Below, piece after piece: positions 55,249-56,007 of a stretch of 56,007 nucleotides of DNA. The DNA comes from Alphaproteobacteria bacterium (GTDB lineage Bacteria > Pseudomonadota > Alphaproteobacteria > CAAHEQ01 > UBA3637). Positions within the stretch are counted from its first letter, which is position 1; every line of letters begins with the position of its first letter. The notes beneath the pieces were generated by a model. It searched no databases, was not told where the DNA came from, and was given only the letters and a program-made list of their open reading frames with translations. The stretch spans positions 1 through 56,007 of the forward strand of contig JAFXIF010000024.1 in assembly GCA_017533325.1 (NCBI GenBank). The letters are read 5' to 3'. The position numbers were made by a program, and so were the translations under genes.

Positions 55249-56007
55249 ATGAAAAAAAAGTCGAACACAGCCGTTTTTTGGCTTGTTTTCTTTGTTTCAA
55301 TGGTTTTGCTTGGAACCTTTTCATTTCCGGATCCAAATAAAGCTAAACAAATTGAATTATCATATAGCGAATTTTTAAGCTCCGTTGAGAAAGATGACGT
55401 CAAATCTGTTGAAATTCAAGGCCAATCAATTACCGGTGAATTTCAAAAAACAGGGTCATTTAAAACATATATGCCTTTAGAAGCAGGAATTATGCCAGTT
55501 TTAAAAGAGCATAACGTTAAAATTAAAGCTTTACCGCCTGAATCAGAATCAAGTTGGTTTATGGCATTAATTTCATGGGCTCCGATTTTGCTTTTTGCAG
55601 GTATCTGGATTATGATGATGAAACAGATGGCGTCAAGTAATGGAAAAGCAATGAGTTTCGGTAAATCAAAAGCCAAATTGTTAGAAGGCAAAGACAAAGT
55701 GACTTTTAATGATGTTGCCGGAATTGAGGAAGCTAAACAAGAACTGCAAGAAATTGTTGACTTTTTGAAAGCGCCGATAAAGTTCCAAAGATTGGGTGGA
55801 AAAATTCCAAAAGGCGCTTTACTTGTCGGCCCTCCGGGAACCGGTAAAACATTGTTGGCAAGAGCTATTGCCGGCGAAGCAAATGTTCCGTTTTTCAGCA
55901 TTTCCGGATCTGATTTCGTTGAAATGTTTGTGGGGGTCGGTGCCTCTCGGGTTCGTGATATGTTTGAACAAGCCAAAAAAGAAGCGCCTTGCATTGTTTT
56001 TGTTGAT
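55249..56007 (+). CDS. ftsH: ATP-dependent zinc metalloprotease FtsH (5' part, continues past the window end)
   Basis: Not in the ORF track because there is no stop in the window. Translation from the ATG at 55249 gives two transmembrane segments, then [16 protein letters not shown]..., [35 protein letters not shown]. The frame is open to the last base. Confidence 0.9.
   Translation, partial: MKKKSNTAVFWLVFFVSMVLLGTFSFPDPNKAKQIELSYSEFLSSVEKDDVKSVEIQGQSITGEFQKTGSFKTYMPLEAGIMPVLKEHNVKIKALPPESESSWFMALISWAPILLFAGIWIMMMKQMASSNGKAMSFGKSKAKLLEGKDKVTFNDVAGIEEAKQELQEIVDFLKAPIKFQRLGGKIPKGALLVGPPGTGKTLLARAIAGEANVPFFSISGSDFVEMFVGVGASRVRDMFEQAKKEAPCIVFVD

Noticed and set aside
55443-55994. 183-aa minus-strand ORF from the track
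   Set aside because: It lies entirely antisense to an unmistakable ftsH coding frame (55249 onward, with Walker A GPPGTGKT). It is a shadow ORF with no ribosome-binding site and low-complexity content.

Overview
This is a visibly AT-rich bacterial chromosomal segment of about 56 kb. It is densely coded, with short intergenic regions and many Shine-Dalgarno-like sites. Gene content points to an alphaproteobacterium, probably host-associated or intracellular. This is an inference from the pal-cpoB-tilS-ftsH block, a DUF3126 protein, mlaA-mlaC and ptsP(EI-Ntr), together with an ankyrin-repeat protein, a leucine-rich-repeat-like giant protein, a eukaryotic-type phosphomannomutase and several disrupted genes.

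Housekeeping genes I recognise are glk, ptsP, uvrB, infA, ettA, fabD, murJ (frameshifted), nagB, dusA, mutY, ddpX, mlaA, mlaC, pal, cpoB, tilS and ftsH (5' part, running off the window). Glycan genes are neuC-neuB and a DXD glycosyltransferase / RfaE-II-like nucleotidyltransferase / eukaryotic-type PMM / gmd / fcl operon. There are two tRNA genes, Asp-GTC and Lys-CTT, both on the minus strand.

The most unusual observations are:
- Both tRNA loci are followed by direct duplications of the unit 'intrinsic terminator plus the last 7-12 nt of the tRNA'. At tRNA-Asp this forms a 186-bp tandem array. At tRNA-Lys it bounds two stacked integrase-less islets. One carries a CoA-disulfide-reductase/rhodanese gene. 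The other carries a GmrSD-type (DUF262+DUF1524) restriction gene interrupted by one in-frame TAG.
- A three-gene minus-strand module encodes a secreted protein, a small protein and an orphan two-ring Hsp100/Clp ATPase. The ATPase has a degenerate D1 ring, no N-domain, no M-domain, no visible ClpP-docking loop and a roughly 190-aa acidic disordered tail.
- A MESH1-like small-alarmone-hydrolase homolog has lost its His/Asp metal ligands.
- The GDP-fucose operon lacks a canonical ManC.

No CRISPR array, rRNA gene, transposase or integrase gene was seen. All functional calls rest on motif recognition by eye. No database search was run.
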